Source: an uncultured Candidatus Rokubacteria bacterium (GTDB lineage: Bacteria; Methylomirabilota; Methylomirabilia; Rokubacteriales; CSP1-6). Taken from it: a stretch of 64,000 nucleotides of DNA. Every line of letters starts with the position of its first letter. The stretch's first letter is position 1. The notes below the pieces were generated by a model. That model did not search any database. It saw nothing but the letters and a program-made list of their open reading frames with translations, and had not been told where the DNA came from. Both the position numbers and the translations under genes were made by a program. Shown here in pieces: positions 20,113 through 34,091 of the stretch. Where the stretch lies: contig CAVYTA010000006.1 in the NCBI GenBank assembly GCA_963771355.1, positions 288,001-352,000 of the forward strand. Reading direction: 5' to 3'.

Positions 20113-21207
20113 ATGACCGGACGACGCAGGTTTATCGCGAAGGCGAGCGGGGTGATGGCGGCCGTCGCCGCTGGCGCCATCGTCGACGCTCCCAACGTCA
20201 TCGCGCAGCCGAAGGTCCAGTGGCGAATGACCACTTCCTGGCCCCCCCGGCTCGACGTGCTGCTGGGCGGGGCCCAGCGGTTCGCGAAGGTCGTCGAGGA
20301 GACGAGCGGCGGGCGGTTCCGGATCGAGGTCTTCCCGGAGGGGCAGATCATGGGGCCGCTCGACTGCTTCGACGCCGTCTCCCAAGGCAAGATCGAGGCG
20401 TTCCATTCAGGGCCGATCTTCTGGGACGCTAGGGAGCCGGCGGTCCAGTGGTTCGCGACCGTCCCGTTCGGCATGAATAGCGAGGGCATGCAGGCCTGGT
20501 ACTACCAGGGCGACGGGCTCAAGCTCTGGGAGGAGACCTATGCGGCCTTCAATCTCGTGCCGCGCCAAGGCCACATGAACGGCCCCGAGATGGGGGGATG
20601 GTTCAGGAAGAAAGTCACCACGATCGCTGACTACAAGGGGCTCAAGATGCGCATCCCGGGCCTCGGCGGCAAGGTTGTCGCCAGAGCGGGCGCGACGGTC
20701 GTCACGTTGCCGGCGGGCGAGATCTACGCCGCCCTCGAGCGGGGGGTGATCGACACCTCCGAGTTCCTCGCACCCCACGACGACATGCAGCTCGGTCTCC
20801 ACAAGACCGCGCGGTACTACTACTACCCCGGCTGGCACCAGCCCGGTACCGCGACCGAGTTCGTCTTCAACAGGAAGGCATACGAGGCGCTCCCGGTCGA
20901 TTTGCGGCGGACGCTCGACCATGCCGCCGCCGCCACCCAGGTCTATGGTCGCTCGGACTTCCACGCGAAGAACGCGATCGCGCTCGAGCGACTCAGGACA
21001 GAGTTCAAGGGCAAGGTCGAGATTCTCCAGTTCCCGGCCCCGATGCTGCGCGATCTCAAGAAGTTGGCGGACCAGGTCGTGAGGGAAGAATCCGAGAAAA
21101 GTCCCATGGCCCGGAAGGTGCACGCGTCGTTCACGAAGTTCCAGGCGCTGGTGGGCCCCTGGGATCAGGTCGCCGAAGGCGCGTACCATCAGCTCGTGTC
21201 GGGGTAA
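20113..21207 (+). CDS. dctP: TRAP substrate-binding protein (DctP, TakP-like), Tat-exported, copy 3
   Basis: Tandem paralog; GRRRFI Tat motif; ATG at 20113 after GAGGGGAG. Confidence 0.9.
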   Translation: MTGRRRFIAKASGVMAAVAAGAIVDAPNVIAQPKVQWRMTTSWPPRLDVLLGGAQRFAKVVEETSGGRFRIEVFPEGQIMGPLDCFDAVSQGKIEAFHSGPIFWDAREPAVQWFATVPFGMNSEGMQAWYYQGDGLKLWEETYAAFNLVPRQGHMNGPEMGGWFRKKVTTIADYKGLKMRIPGLGGKVVARAGATVVTLPAGEIYAALERGVIDTSEFLAPHDDMQLGLHKTARYYYYPGWHQPGTATEFVFNRKAYEALPVDLRRTLDHAAAATQVYGRSDFHAKNAIALERLRTEFKGKVEILQFPAPMLRDLKKLADQVVREESEKSPMARKVHASFTKFQALVGPWDQVAEGAYHQLVSG

Positions 21208-21209
21208 CG

Positions 21210-22195
21210 ATGCGACGGATGAATGACGGAGCGCTTCGCGGCGTCTGGGTCGCCGTGGCGATTCTTCTGTGGCTGCCTGCCCACGCGGCAGAGGCGCAGG
21301 AGGCTCCTCGCCCGTTCCGGATCGGTGTCCTGAATGCGGCGTGGGCGGCGAGCCATCCGACCGTTGAAGGGCTCAAGGCCGGACTCAAAGAGCTCGGCGT
21401 CGAAGACGGGCGCGACGTGACCTTCGACATCCGCTTCACGGAAGGGAAGCTGGACACGATGCCCGCGACCGCCGGGGCCCTCGTCAAGGCCGGCGTCGAC
21501 CTGATCTTCACGAGTCAGGAAGCCGCCACGCAGGCCGCGAAGGACGCGACAAAGAGCGTGCCGATCGTGTTCACCCTGGTGGGGGATCCGGTGGGCGCCG
21601 GTCTCGTCGGCACGCTCGCCCGGCCCGGAGGCAACGTGACGGGTGTCTCGAGTCTCCAGACCGAGCTCGTCGCGAAGCGCCTGGAAGTCCTCAAGACGCT
21701 CGCTCCGGTCGTCCGTCGGGTCTGGCTCATCTATTACAGCGGCGATTTGGGCACGACGCCCATGATTCGCAAGGCGCTCGACGCGGCGCAGCGCATGAAG
21801 CTGGAGGTGGTGCCGAAAGGCGTGCTCGACGCGGGCGAGCTGAGGCAGGTGCTCCGCGAAGTCCGGCGCGACGACGCGGTGCTCATACCGGAAGGATCAA
21901 GCCCCGATCTCGCCATCGCGATCATCGAGCAGTCGGTCGCGTTGCGAATCCCCGCCGTCTTCGGGACGGCGCTCTGGGTCGGCTATGGCGGCCTCATGTC
22001 GTACGGCCCGGACTACTTCGCCCAGGGAATGCAGGCCGCCGCGCTGGTCGCCAAGATCCGGCGAGGGGCCCGGCCTCAGGACCTGCCTGTCGAAGGCGCC
22101 GAGAAGATCGACCTCGCGGTGAACCTCAAGACCGCGGACGTCCTCGGCCTCGCCGTGCCGCGAAAGATCCTGCTCCGGGCCGACACCTTCCGGCG

Positions 22196-22199
<4 letters not shown>
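21210..22199 (+). CDS. ABC_sub_bind-type periplasmic substrate-binding protein
   Basis: Signal peptide; RIGVL, VPIVFTLVGDPVGAGLV...PGGNVTG, KRLEVLK, GGLMSYGPD, DLPVE, VNLKTA. Confidence 0.9.
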
Positions 22200-26250
<4,051 letters not shown>

Positions 26251-26254
<4 letters not shown>

Positions 26255-26622
26255 GCGTGAGCAAGCGCGTCCTGGTCGTCGAGGATCATGAGGAGAACCG
26301 GCGCATCCTGCGCTATCTCCTGGAGAGCGCCGGCATCGAGATGACCGAGGCCGTCACCGGCGAGGAAGGGGTGGCCGCGGCGGAGAAAGAGCGCCCGGAC
26401 CTGATCCTCATGGACATCCAGCTCCCGGGCCTCGACGGCTACGAGGTGACCCGGCGGATCAAGGCCAATCCCGCGCTCCGGCATATCCCGATCATCGTGG
26501 TCACCTCCTATGCGCTGAGCGGCGACGATGTGAAGGCGTTCGCCGCCGGCTGCGATGCCTATGTCACCAAGCCCTTCGTCCCGCGCGAGCTCCTGGCCAA
26601 GGTCCGGGAGTTTCTGGCCTAG
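26251..26622 (+). CDS. Single-domain response regulator (DivK-like)
   Basis: VVEDH, DLILMDIQLP, AGCDAYVTKP; start may be 26251 or 26257. Confidence 0.9.
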
Positions 26623-26640
26623 CGACGGGGAGGACCCAGG

Positions 26641-27762
26641 GTGCGAACTCCGCCGCGGATCCTGATCGTGGACGACACGCCGGCCAACGTGCACATCCTC
26701 GAGACGCGCCTGGCCGCCAACGGGTACGACATCGTCACCGCGACCGACGGCGAGGCGGCGCTCGCGGCGGTGCGGGAGACCCAGCCGGACCTGATCCTGC
26801 TGGACGTCATGATGCCGAAGCTGGACGGATTCGAGGTCTGCCGGCGCCTCCGGGCGGACCCGTCGCTGCCCTTCATCCCGATCATCATGGTCACGGCCAA
26901 GGCGGACCCCAAGGATGTCGTCGCCGGCCTCGAGGCCGGGGGCGACGAGTACCTGACCAAGCCGGTGGACCAGCCCGCGCTGGTCGCCCGGGTGAAGTCC
27001 ATGCTCCGGATCAAGAACCTCCACGACACCGTGGAGGCGCTGGCGGCCGAGCGCGCCGAGTGGAACAAGACCCTCGAGCGGCGCGTCGAGGAGCAGGCCG
27101 GACAGCTCGAGCAGCTCGGGCGCCTCAAGCGCTTCTTCTCGCCGCAGCTCGCCGAGCTCATCGTGGCGGGCGGCACGGACGATCCGCTCAAGACCCACCG
27201 GCGAGAGGTGACGGTCGTGTTCCTCGACCTCCGCGGCTTCACCGCCTTCGCGGAGACCGCCGAGCCCGAGGAGCTGATGCGCGTGCTCCACGAGTACCAC
27301 GCGGAGATGGGCAAGCTGGTCCTGGACCACGAGGGCACCCTCGAGCGCTTCACCGGCGACGGCATGATGATCTTCTTCAACGATCCGGTGGTGGTGCCGG
27401 ATCCGGCCGAGCGCGCGGTCCGGATGGCGGTGGCGATGCGCGAGCGCGTCCAGCACCTGGTCATGGTCTGGCAGAAGCGCGGCTACGAGCTAGGCCTCGG
27501 GGTGGGGATCGCGCAGGGCTACGCCACCATCGGCGCCATCGGCTTCGAGGGACGCTGGGACTACGGGGCCATCGGCACGGTCACGAACCTGGCCGCGCGG
27601 CTCTGCGGGGAGGCCAAGGGCGGCCAGATCCTGGTCCACCAGCGCGTGGCCACGGCCATCGAGGACCTGGCCGATCTCGAGGAGATCGGCCCCCTCACCT
27701 TCAAAGGAATGGTCCGCCCGGTGTCCGCCTTCAACATCGCGCGGCTCAAGGGGACCGCCTGA
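26641..27762 (+). CDS. Receiver domain-class III adenylate/guanylate cyclase fusion
   Basis: REC domain (IVDD, LLDVMMP, LTKP) followed by cyclase motifs VFLDLRGFT, FTGDG, GTVTNLAARL. Confidence 0.92.
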   Translation: MRTPPRILIVDDTPANVHILETRLAANGYDIVTATDGEAALAAVRETQPDLILLDVMMPKLDGFEVCRRLRADPSLPFIPIIMVTAKADPKDVVAGLEAGGDEYLTKPVDQPALVARVKSMLRIKNLHDTVEALAAERAEWNKTLERRVEEQAGQLEQLGRLKRFFSPQLAELIVAGGTDDPLKTHRREVTVVFLDLRGFTAFAETAEPEELMRVLHEYHAEMGKLVLDHEGTLERFTGDGMMIFFNDPVVVPDPAERAVRMAVAMRERVQHLVMVWQKRGYELGLGVGIAQGYATIGAIGFEGRWDYGAIGTVTNLAARLCGEAKGGQILVHQRVATAIEDLADLEEIGPLTFKGMVRPVSAFNIARLKGTA

Positions 27763-27774
27763 GGCGCTACCTCC

Positions 27775-28620
27775 TCAGCCCTTGACGGCGCCCGCGGTGA
27801 GGCCGGCGACGTAGTACTTCACGAAGAACGAGTAGATGAGGGCGACGGGGATGGAGCCCAGCAACGCCCCCGCCATGAGCTGGCCCCAGTAGAAGGCGTC
27901 GCCGCGGATCAGCTCGCCCACCACGCCGATCGGCACGGTGCGCACGCTCGACTTGCTGAGAAAGAGCAAGGCGTAGAGGAACTCGTTCTGGGACAGCGTG
28001 AAGGCGAAGATGCCGGCGGACAGGAAGCCGGGCAGGCAGAGGGGAAGAATGATCCTCGTCATGGCGCGCCAGCGGCTGGCGCCGTCGATCATGGCCTGCT
28101 CTTCCAGCTCCTTCGGCACCGTCTTGAAGTATCCCATCAGCAGCCAGGCGATGAAGGGCACGAGCAACGTCGGATAGGTCAGCATCACCGCGCTGAGCGT
28201 ATTGCCCAGCTTCATCCGGCCGATGAGATCGGCCATCGGAACGAACAGCAGCGTCTGGGGAATCAGGTACGTCACCGCCACCGCGATGGCCAGCAGGGGA
28301 GCGCCCCGGAAGCGCATGCGCGCCAGCGGGTAGGCCAGCATGCTCCCGAGCAGGAGCGAGATGAACGTCGCGACCCCCGCCACCAGCATGGTGTTGGCCA
28401 CCCAGGTCAGAAAGTTGGTCTCCTTCAGCAGGTCGATGTAGTGGACCAGCGACGGGTTCTGGATGGCCAGCGGATTGGCCTTCGGGTTGTACAGCTCGGC
28501 ATTGGTCTTGAGCGACGTGGCCGCCATCCACGTGAAGGGAAACAGGGCGATCACGACGAACGCCAGCAACGGCAGCCAGAGACCGAAGAGGCGCTTGCGC
28601 CAGGTCAGCTCGCCGACCAT
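27775..28620 (-). CDS. Carbohydrate ABC transporter permease
   Basis: EAA-like loop ELEEQAMIDGA; multiple TM helices. Confidence 0.9.
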   Translation of the reverse strand: MVGELTWRKRLFGLWLPLLAFVVIALFPFTWMAATSLKTNAELYNPKANPLAIQNPSLVHYIDLLKETNFLTWVANTMLVAGVATFISLLLGSMLAYPLARMRFRGAPLLAIAVAVTYLIPQTLLFVPMADLIGRMKLGNTLSAVMLTYPTLLVPFIAWLLMGYFKTVPKELEEQAMIDGASRWRAMTRIILPLCLPGFLSAGIFAFTLSQNEFLYALLFLSKSSVRTVPIGVVGELIRGDAFYWGQLMAGALLGSIPVALIYSFFVKYYVAGLTAGAVKG

Positions 28621-28623
28621 TGA

Positions 28624-29562
28624 TCAGTCCTTGCGCACGTAGAAGGTGAGAAGCACCAGCAGGAGGCCCAGCACCGGCACCATGCTGAGCGCCACCGCGG
28701 AGCCGAGCCCCATCTGGCCCGCGCCCATGCTCAGGCTGTAGGCGTAGGTGGCCATGAGGTGCGTGGAATTGGCGGGGCCGCCGCCGGTGAGCACGTAGAC
28801 GAGCTGGAAGTCGAAGAAGGTGATGACGATCGAGAACGTGGTCACGATGAAGATCACGGGCAGGAGCGAGGGCAGGGTGACGTAACGGAAGCGGCCCCAG
28901 GTGCCCGCGCCGTCGATGGTCGCCGACTCGTGCAGGTCGACGGGAATGGTCTGCAGGCCCGCGAGGATCGAGATGCCGAAGAACGGCAGGCCGCGCCACG
29001 TGTTGACCATGATGATCGAGATCATGGCCATGGTCGGCGTGCCGAGCCAGGAGGGCCCCGTCGTCGCGAGCCCGCTGACCACCAACAGGCGGTTGAACAG
29101 GCCCATGCCGGGGTCGAGGATCCATTGCCACGCCACCGTGCTGAGCACCGTGGGCACGATGAACGGGAGCAGGAGCATGGCCCGGGTGACGGCCTTCATC
29201 CGGAAGCTCTGGTTCATCACGAGCGCCATGGCGAGCCCGCCGGAGGCCTTCAACACGGTCGCCACCGCCGTGAACAGGATGGTGTTCCGGACCGCCTGCC
29301 AGAAGATCGGGTCATTCGAGAGGGTGACGAAGTTGCCCAGGCCCACGAAGGAGGCGGGGCGGGCGACTTCTCGGTGAAAGAAGCTGAGATAGACGCCGTA
29401 CAAGAACGGATAACCCAGAAACAGTAGGAGGAACAGTACCGGCGGCGTGACCATGAGCCAGGAAAAGACGGACTCCCGCTCCAGGAACGCGCGGAGCTGG
29501 AACGGCCGGCGGGCGGGCGCTGCCAGCGCGCCCGCCCGCGAGGCCTCGAGAAGCTTGCTCAA
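28624..29562 (-). CDS. Carbohydrate ABC transporter permease
   Basis: LAGLQTIPVDLHESATIDGA, VYVLTGGGP. Confidence 0.9.
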   Translation of the reverse strand: MSKLLEASRAGALAAPARRPFQLRAFLERESVFSWLMVTPPVLFLLLFLGYPFLYGVYLSFFHREVARPASFVGLGNFVTLSNDPIFWQAVRNTILFTAVATVLKASGGLAMALVMNQSFRMKAVTRAMLLLPFIVPTVLSTVAWQWILDPGMGLFNRLLVVSGLATTGPSWLGTPTMAMISIIMVNTWRGLPFFGISILAGLQTIPVDLHESATIDGAGTWGRFRYVTLPSLLPVIFIVTTFSIVITFFDFQLVYVLTGGGPANSTHLMATYAYSLSMGAGQMGLGSAVALSMVPVLGLLLVLLTFYVRKD

Positions 29563-29565
29563 CGC

Positions 29566-30876
29566 CTACCCGTAGATTGCCTTGATCTGCGACACGGCTT
29601 CGGCGATGGCGTTCTTGGTCGGCGTGCCCGTGATGGCCTTGGTGAACATGTCGATCACGATCCAGCGGTTGACCACTTCGCCGTGCTGGCGGTTGGCGGG
29701 CGCCGGCCACGACGTGAGCTTGCCCGTCTCGAGCACCTTCTGGAACGGCTTCACCCGCGGCTCGATGTCCCACTCGGGCACCTTGTCGAAGGCGTGGAGA
29801 TACGGCGCGAAATACATGTCGCCCGAGGCGATCCAGGGGCGGTACTGCTTCGGATCCATTATCCAGCGGAGGAAATCCTTGGCCGCCTTCACGTCCTTGC
29901 TGTGGGCGAAGATGCCGTGCGTCACGGGCACGAGCGCATGGTAGCGCTGGCCGGTGGGGCCCTTGGGATTCAGCCCGTGCTCGATCACCTTGCCCATCTC
30001 GGGCAGGTCGCGCTTGGCCGAGACCATGATGCTGTAGGCGTTGTTGGTGCACGAGATCTGGCTGGTCAGGAAAGCCTTGTTGTTGGCCGGATCCAGCCAC
30101 CCGATGCAGTCCTCGATGCAGGCTTTCTTGTAGAGCTCCTTCACGTATTCCACCGCCTTCGCGGTCTCGCTGGAGTCCAGGGCCACCTTCTTGCCGTCCT
30201 TGTCCATGACCGTCACGCCGTAGGACCACAGGAGCGGGTAGAGCCAGGAGTAGTTGTCGGCGAAGCCGTGTCCCATGGACATGCCGAACGGATGGCCCTT
30301 GGCCTTGAGCTTGATGCCGGCCTCCAGGAACTCGTCCCAGGTGTCCGGGAAGCTCTTGACCCCGGCCTCGTCGAACCAGTCCTTGCGGTAGTTCATCAGC
30401 TGGCCGATGTTCCCCTTGGGCACGGACTTCCACTTGCCCTTGTCGACGGAGAGGCGCTTGATCTCGTCGTACCAGCCGCCCTGCTGCTTGCCGACCTCCT
30501 CGGCAATGTCGGACACGTCCACCAGGGCATCGCGATAGAGCCACTCCTGCTGCACCCAGGCCAGGTCGGCGCCCGACTTGTTCTCGACCATGGAGACCAG
30601 CTGGGGCACCGCGCTGCCGCCCGCGGCCTGGATCTGGTACTCGATCTTGATGCCGGTGGCCTTTTCATAGGCCGGCATCATCACGTTCTGGAAGTGCACG
30701 TCGAAGTTCTTCACGTAGGAGCTTTCACGCGCGAACGTGATGGTTTTCGGCTGGGCCTGGGCATTGCGGGAGATGAAGGGCCCCGCGGCAGCCCCGGCGG
30801 CCCCGGCGGCGGCGAGCTTCAGGAAGCTACGGCGGGTGGCCTTGGACTGTGTGGGCTTTTGTGTGGGCTTTGCCAT
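29566..30876 (-). CDS. Sugar-type ABC extracellular solute-binding protein, Tat-exported
   Basis: TRRSFLK Tat motif; YRKDWF...PDTWDEF; lies upstream of two permeases. Confidence 0.9.
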   Translation of the reverse strand: MAKPTQKPTQSKATRRSFLKLAAAGAAGAAAGPFISRNAQAQPKTITFARESSYVKNFDVHFQNVMMPAYEKATGIKIEYQIQAAGGSAVPQLVSMVENKSGADLAWVQQEWLYRDALVDVSDIAEEVGKQQGGWYDEIKRLSVDKGKWKSVPKGNIGQLMNYRKDWFDEAGVKSFPDTWDEFLEAGIKLKAKGHPFGMSMGHGFADNYSWLYPLLWSYGVTVMDKDGKKVALDSSETAKAVEYVKELYKKACIEDCIGWLDPANNKAFLTSQISCTNNAYSIMVSAKRDLPEMGKVIEHGLNPKGPTGQRYHALVPVTHGIFAHSKDVKAAKDFLRWIMDPKQYRPWIASGDMYFAPYLHAFDKVPEWDIEPRVKPFQKVLETGKLTSWPAPANRQHGEVVNRWIVIDMFTKAITGTPTKNAIAEAVSQIKAIYG

Positions 30877-30981
30877 GCATTTCCCCTTATATGTGACGTG
30901 GATGGCCGTTAGGGCCCTGCGGCGTGATCCTGCCCCCTGGAGGGGGGTATCGTCAAGGGCCCCACTCGCTCAGCCAGCCGG

Positions 30982-32257
30982 TTATCGCCTCCACACCACG
31001 CGGCCATCGCGGATGACGACCTCGACCTGGCGGATGGCCGCAATCGACGCGATGGGGTCCGCGCCGAGCACGACGAGATCGGCCCTCTTACCGACCTCCA
31101 GCGTGCCGAGCGTCTGAGACTGGCCGAGAAACGCCGCCGCGGTCCGCGTCGCGGCGGCGAGCGCCTCGCGCGGCGACAGCCCGGCCTCCACCAGCAGCTC
31201 CAGCTCGCGGTGGAGCGAGGCGCCGGGGACCACGTACGGGTTCGACGTGTCGCTGCCCGCCACCACCTGCCCTCCCGCGCGCTGCAGTCGTGCCACGAAG
31301 GGTTTGAGACATTCGAGCCGCCGCGCGGCGCTCGCCTTCCGGTCGGGGGAGGCGGCGGCCGCCGTCCTACGCCAGTACAGCCGCCGCGCGTCCGGGATCT
31401 CGGTCAGCAGCGCCATCGTCTCTTGCTCGGGCGACCCGAGGCGCGACATCTGCTCGGTGATCGCCAGGGTCGGCACCACGTACGCGCCGCGCTCGACCAC
31501 GCGGCGCACGACCTGCGCGGCGACGGTCTCGTCGCATGCCTCGAAGCCGAAGGCGTGCTCGAGGCCGCGCACGCCGAGGTCCAGGGCCTGCAGCGCGGTG
31601 GTGTCGCGGAGGTGGGCCGTCACCGGCACGCGCGTGCCCTCGGCCTCGCGCACGACCGCCTCGACCAGTGCCGGCGTGAGCTGCTCGTAGATCTTCAGGC
31701 AGTCCACGCCGCGATCGAGCAGCCGCCGCGCCATGGTCGCGCGCCTCGGCCACCGTCTGCACGGACACGCTGAGTCCCGTGCCGTGCCGGGGCCACGGGC
31801 CGTCGATCAGCGGCCCGCACGCGAAGATCCGAGGGCCCACGAAGCCCGCGGCCCGGCTGTCCTCGCGGAGCGCGAGGATGGAATCCAGCCCGCCGCCCAC
31901 GTCGCGTACCGTGGTGACCCCGTGGCGGAGGAACAGCGCGTCCATCCAGCCCGGGTGATAGTGCACGTGCATGTCGATCAGGCCGGGCACGATCCACTTG
32001 CCGCGGGCGTCGATGCCTTCGGTGCCCGCGCGAAGGGGGGCGACACCAGCCGCCGTCACCTCGGCCACGCGGCCGTCGCGAACAACGATCGTCGCGTCCG
32101 CGAGCGGCGCGCCTCCGGTCCCGTCGATCAGCGTGCCGCCTCTGACGACAAGCATGGCGGCGCCATCGCGCCCCTCGGTCGGCGCGCATGACGGCAGGCT
32201 GATGAGCGCGGTCGCGGTCAGGGCGACAACCGCGAGGGCCGGCATGCGCGATCGCAC
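30982..32257 (-). CDS. Amidohydrolase family protein (possible lipoprotein), frameshifted near 31735
   Basis: N-half GTLIDGTG, PGLIDMHVH, GVTTVRD; C-half in the next frame LEH, AGSD, LHRELELL, GTLEVGKRADLVVL; LPSC lipobox-like sequence. Confidence 0.85.
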
Positions 32258-32274
32258 GTCAGGGGATGCCGCGG

Positions 32275-32387
32275 CTACTTGTCGCTCAGGATGATGGGAA
32301 GGCTCGACTTGTCGCCCAGGACGATGAGCTTGGCGTTCGGGGTCTTGGACAGCCCAGCGTCATGAGGTAGTCCGTCAGCACCTTCAT
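32275..32387 (-). pseudogene. Internally deleted remnant, C-terminus resembling SPFH/prohibitin proteins
   Basis: GGAGGGG RBS + MKVLTDYLMTLG joined out of frame to LSKTPNAKLIVLGDKSSLPIILSDK-TAG. Confidence 0.55.
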
Positions 32388-32427
32388 GGCCCCTCCCCGC
32401 CGCGCATCGTGCGCGGCGAAACCGAGC

Positions 32428-33006
32428 TTACGGCAAGAGATCGGCGACGCGGATCCCCGCGTTCGGCGCCGCGAGGGGGGTGGCGAGCATGGAGGGATCG
32501 AGCACCTCGCGGCGCGCGTAGCCCCAGCCGAACGGCGCCTCGGGGTCGCGGACGGGCTCGCGATAGACCTCGAGCACGCGGTCGACCAGATTCACCACCC
32601 AGTAGTCGTAGAGACCGGCGCGCGCGTAGAGGCTGCCCTTGTGGCGCCGGTCCATGGCGAGGCTCGATTCGGACACCTCAACCGTCAACACTGGACGCGC
32701 CGGGTGCTCGCGGAGGTAGTCGTCGAGGGTGCCGGGCACCACCGCCACGTCCGGCTCCGGCTCCGATTCGTCGTCGAGCCCGATCGGTCCCTGCGTGCGC
32801 ACGTCCCAGCCCGGCCCGAATGCCGCCTCGATGGCTCGCGCGGTCCTCCGGATTGCCCCGTAGTGGTACGCACCTTGAGGCTCGGCGATCATGAGCTGGC
32901 CGCCGATCAGCTCGATGGGCTCTCCGGGCTGAAAGACCCCCAGCTCGATGAGGTGGTCGTACTCCTTCCGCGTGAACCGCCGCGTCTGGATCACGTACTC
33001 CGCCAT
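32428..33006 (-). CDS. Uma2/DUF820 family endonuclease (intact)
   Basis: IELIGG, EPEPDVAVV, LTVEVSESS, KGSLYARAG, YWVVNL. Confidence 0.9.
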   Translation of the reverse strand: MAEYVIQTRRFTRKEYDHLIELGVFQPGEPIELIGGQLMIAEPQGAYHYGAIRRTARAIEAAFGPGWDVRTQGPIGLDDESEPEPDVAVVPGTLDDYLREHPARPVLTVEVSESSLAMDRRHKGSLYARAGLYDYWVVNLVDRVLEVYREPVRDPEAPFGWGYARREVLDPSMLATPLAAPNAGIRVADLLP

Positions 33007-33012
33007 GCGCCC

Positions 33013-33041
33013 ATCGTAGGGGCGCGGGACGAGCGCGTCAA
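33013..33041 (-). promoter_or_regulatory. sigma70 promoter positioned to give a leaderless Uma2 transcript
   Basis: TTGACG (33041-33036), 17 nt, TACGAT (33018-33013), 6 nt, then the ATG. Confidence 0.7.
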
Positions 33042-33065
33042 CGTATCGGGACGGATACGCAGCCG

Positions 33066-33293
33066 CTACAGCGCGGCGTACACCAGGTCGATCAGATGCC
33101 GCACGTGCTTGTGCTGCCAGCCCATGCGGCCCTGTTTCATGGCGTAGCCGATGGCGACGCGCGCGTCGGGATCGGCGAAGCCGAGCGAGCCGCCCGCGTC
33201 GAGCGCCCGCCCGCGCGCGTCCTGCTCGGGGCTGGGCGGCGGCGGGATGTAGTCGGCGCAGCGCGCGTCGTGCTCAGGTCCGAGCCCCCAGTG
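33066..33293 (-). pseudogene. Diverged duplicate of the 3' part of the serine hydrolase gene (34092-35246) with a 360-bp internal deletion
   Basis: 33066-33198 aligns to 34092-34224 and 33193-33293 aligns to 34579-34679; the junction is the shared hexamer CCCGCG; no start codon found. Confidence 0.9.
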
Positions 33294-33446
33294 CGCTAGC
33301 GCTAAAGGTGTGCGGGCCTCGTATGAATTCGGCGGCAGACACCGGGGGCCGGAAGGTATGCCGAGCCAGGGTAGGTCCTACACACTAGGAAAATGGATAC
33401 CCAAGATGGATCTTGACGGGACGCGTACTTACGAGGGGACCAGCGC

Positions 33447-33462
33447 TGGCATATCTGATGCT
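33447..33462 (+). promoter_or_regulatory. sigma54 (-24/-12) promoter
   Basis: TGGCATATCTGATGCT, which is GG-N10-GC, about 90 nt upstream of the gene at 33553. Confidence 0.6.
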
Positions 33463-33552
33463 GCCCCAGGAGTGCAGCCCGCGTCGCCAGGTTTCGTCAG
33501 TGCGCTGACACCTTCGACGCCTGGGCGATTCCAGTAACCCAGGAGGTCTGGC

Positions 33553-33990
33553 ATGACAGCATATCGGTCATTCGTGCTCGCGCTCGCAGTCACGGTCCTG
33601 GCGGCAGGGCCGGCGCTCGCCAAGGGCGGGGGTGGGGGCGCTGGTGGCGGGGGTGGGGCGGGAGGCGGTGGCGGTGCCGCCGGCGGAAACGCGGGAGGCA
33701 ACGGGGGCGGTAACGGTAACGCGGGCGGCAATGGCAACGGCGTCGCTGCCGGCCAGGGTGGCGGGAACGGTCAGTCAGTGGGTGCCGGTCAGTCAGGAGG
33801 CCCTGGCCACACAGTGGGCGCTGGGCGCGGCACCGCGCTCACCGCACCCGGCAGCCAGCATCGTTCCGATACCGCCACCGGGCGCCTTTCCAGCCCGACG
33901 CCGGGACACGCGAATCCTCCCAGTGGGGTGACACCGGGCTTCGGTCACGTCGGCACCGTGCCGACGACTCCCGGCCACCAAGCGCCGTAA
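33553..33990 (+). CDS. Secreted Gly/Asn-rich low-complexity protein
   Basis: AGGAGG RBS; signal peptide ending AGPALA; poly-G and GGNG repeats; Pro/Thr/His-rich tail. Confidence 0.8.
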   Translation: MTAYRSFVLALAVTVLAAGPALAKGGGGGAGGGGGAGGGGGAAGGNAGGNGGGNGNAGGNGNGVAAGQGGGNGQSVGAGQSGGPGHTVGAGRGTALTAPGSQHRSDTATGRLSSPTPGHANPPSGVTPGFGHVGTVPTTPGHQAP

Positions 33991-34091
33991 GCGATAGTTG
34001 GACGGCCTTGAGCGTGACCGCGGGACGGGAGGGCGTTTCCCGCGTCTCCGACCTGCGGTCACGCTCAGGCTAGTAGCTCGGGCGCGCGGGG

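Noticed and set aside
17897..21207. Roughly 1.1-kb repeats as a possible CRISPR array, DGR or assembly duplication
   Set aside because: The repeats are whole coding paralogs with many synonymous differences; there is no spacer structure, reverse transcriptase or adenine-specific variation.
30927..30956. G/C-tract in a promoter spacer resembling a CsoR/RcnR operator
   Set aside because: The dyad is imperfect and the downstream genes are a sugar ABC module, not metal homeostasis genes.
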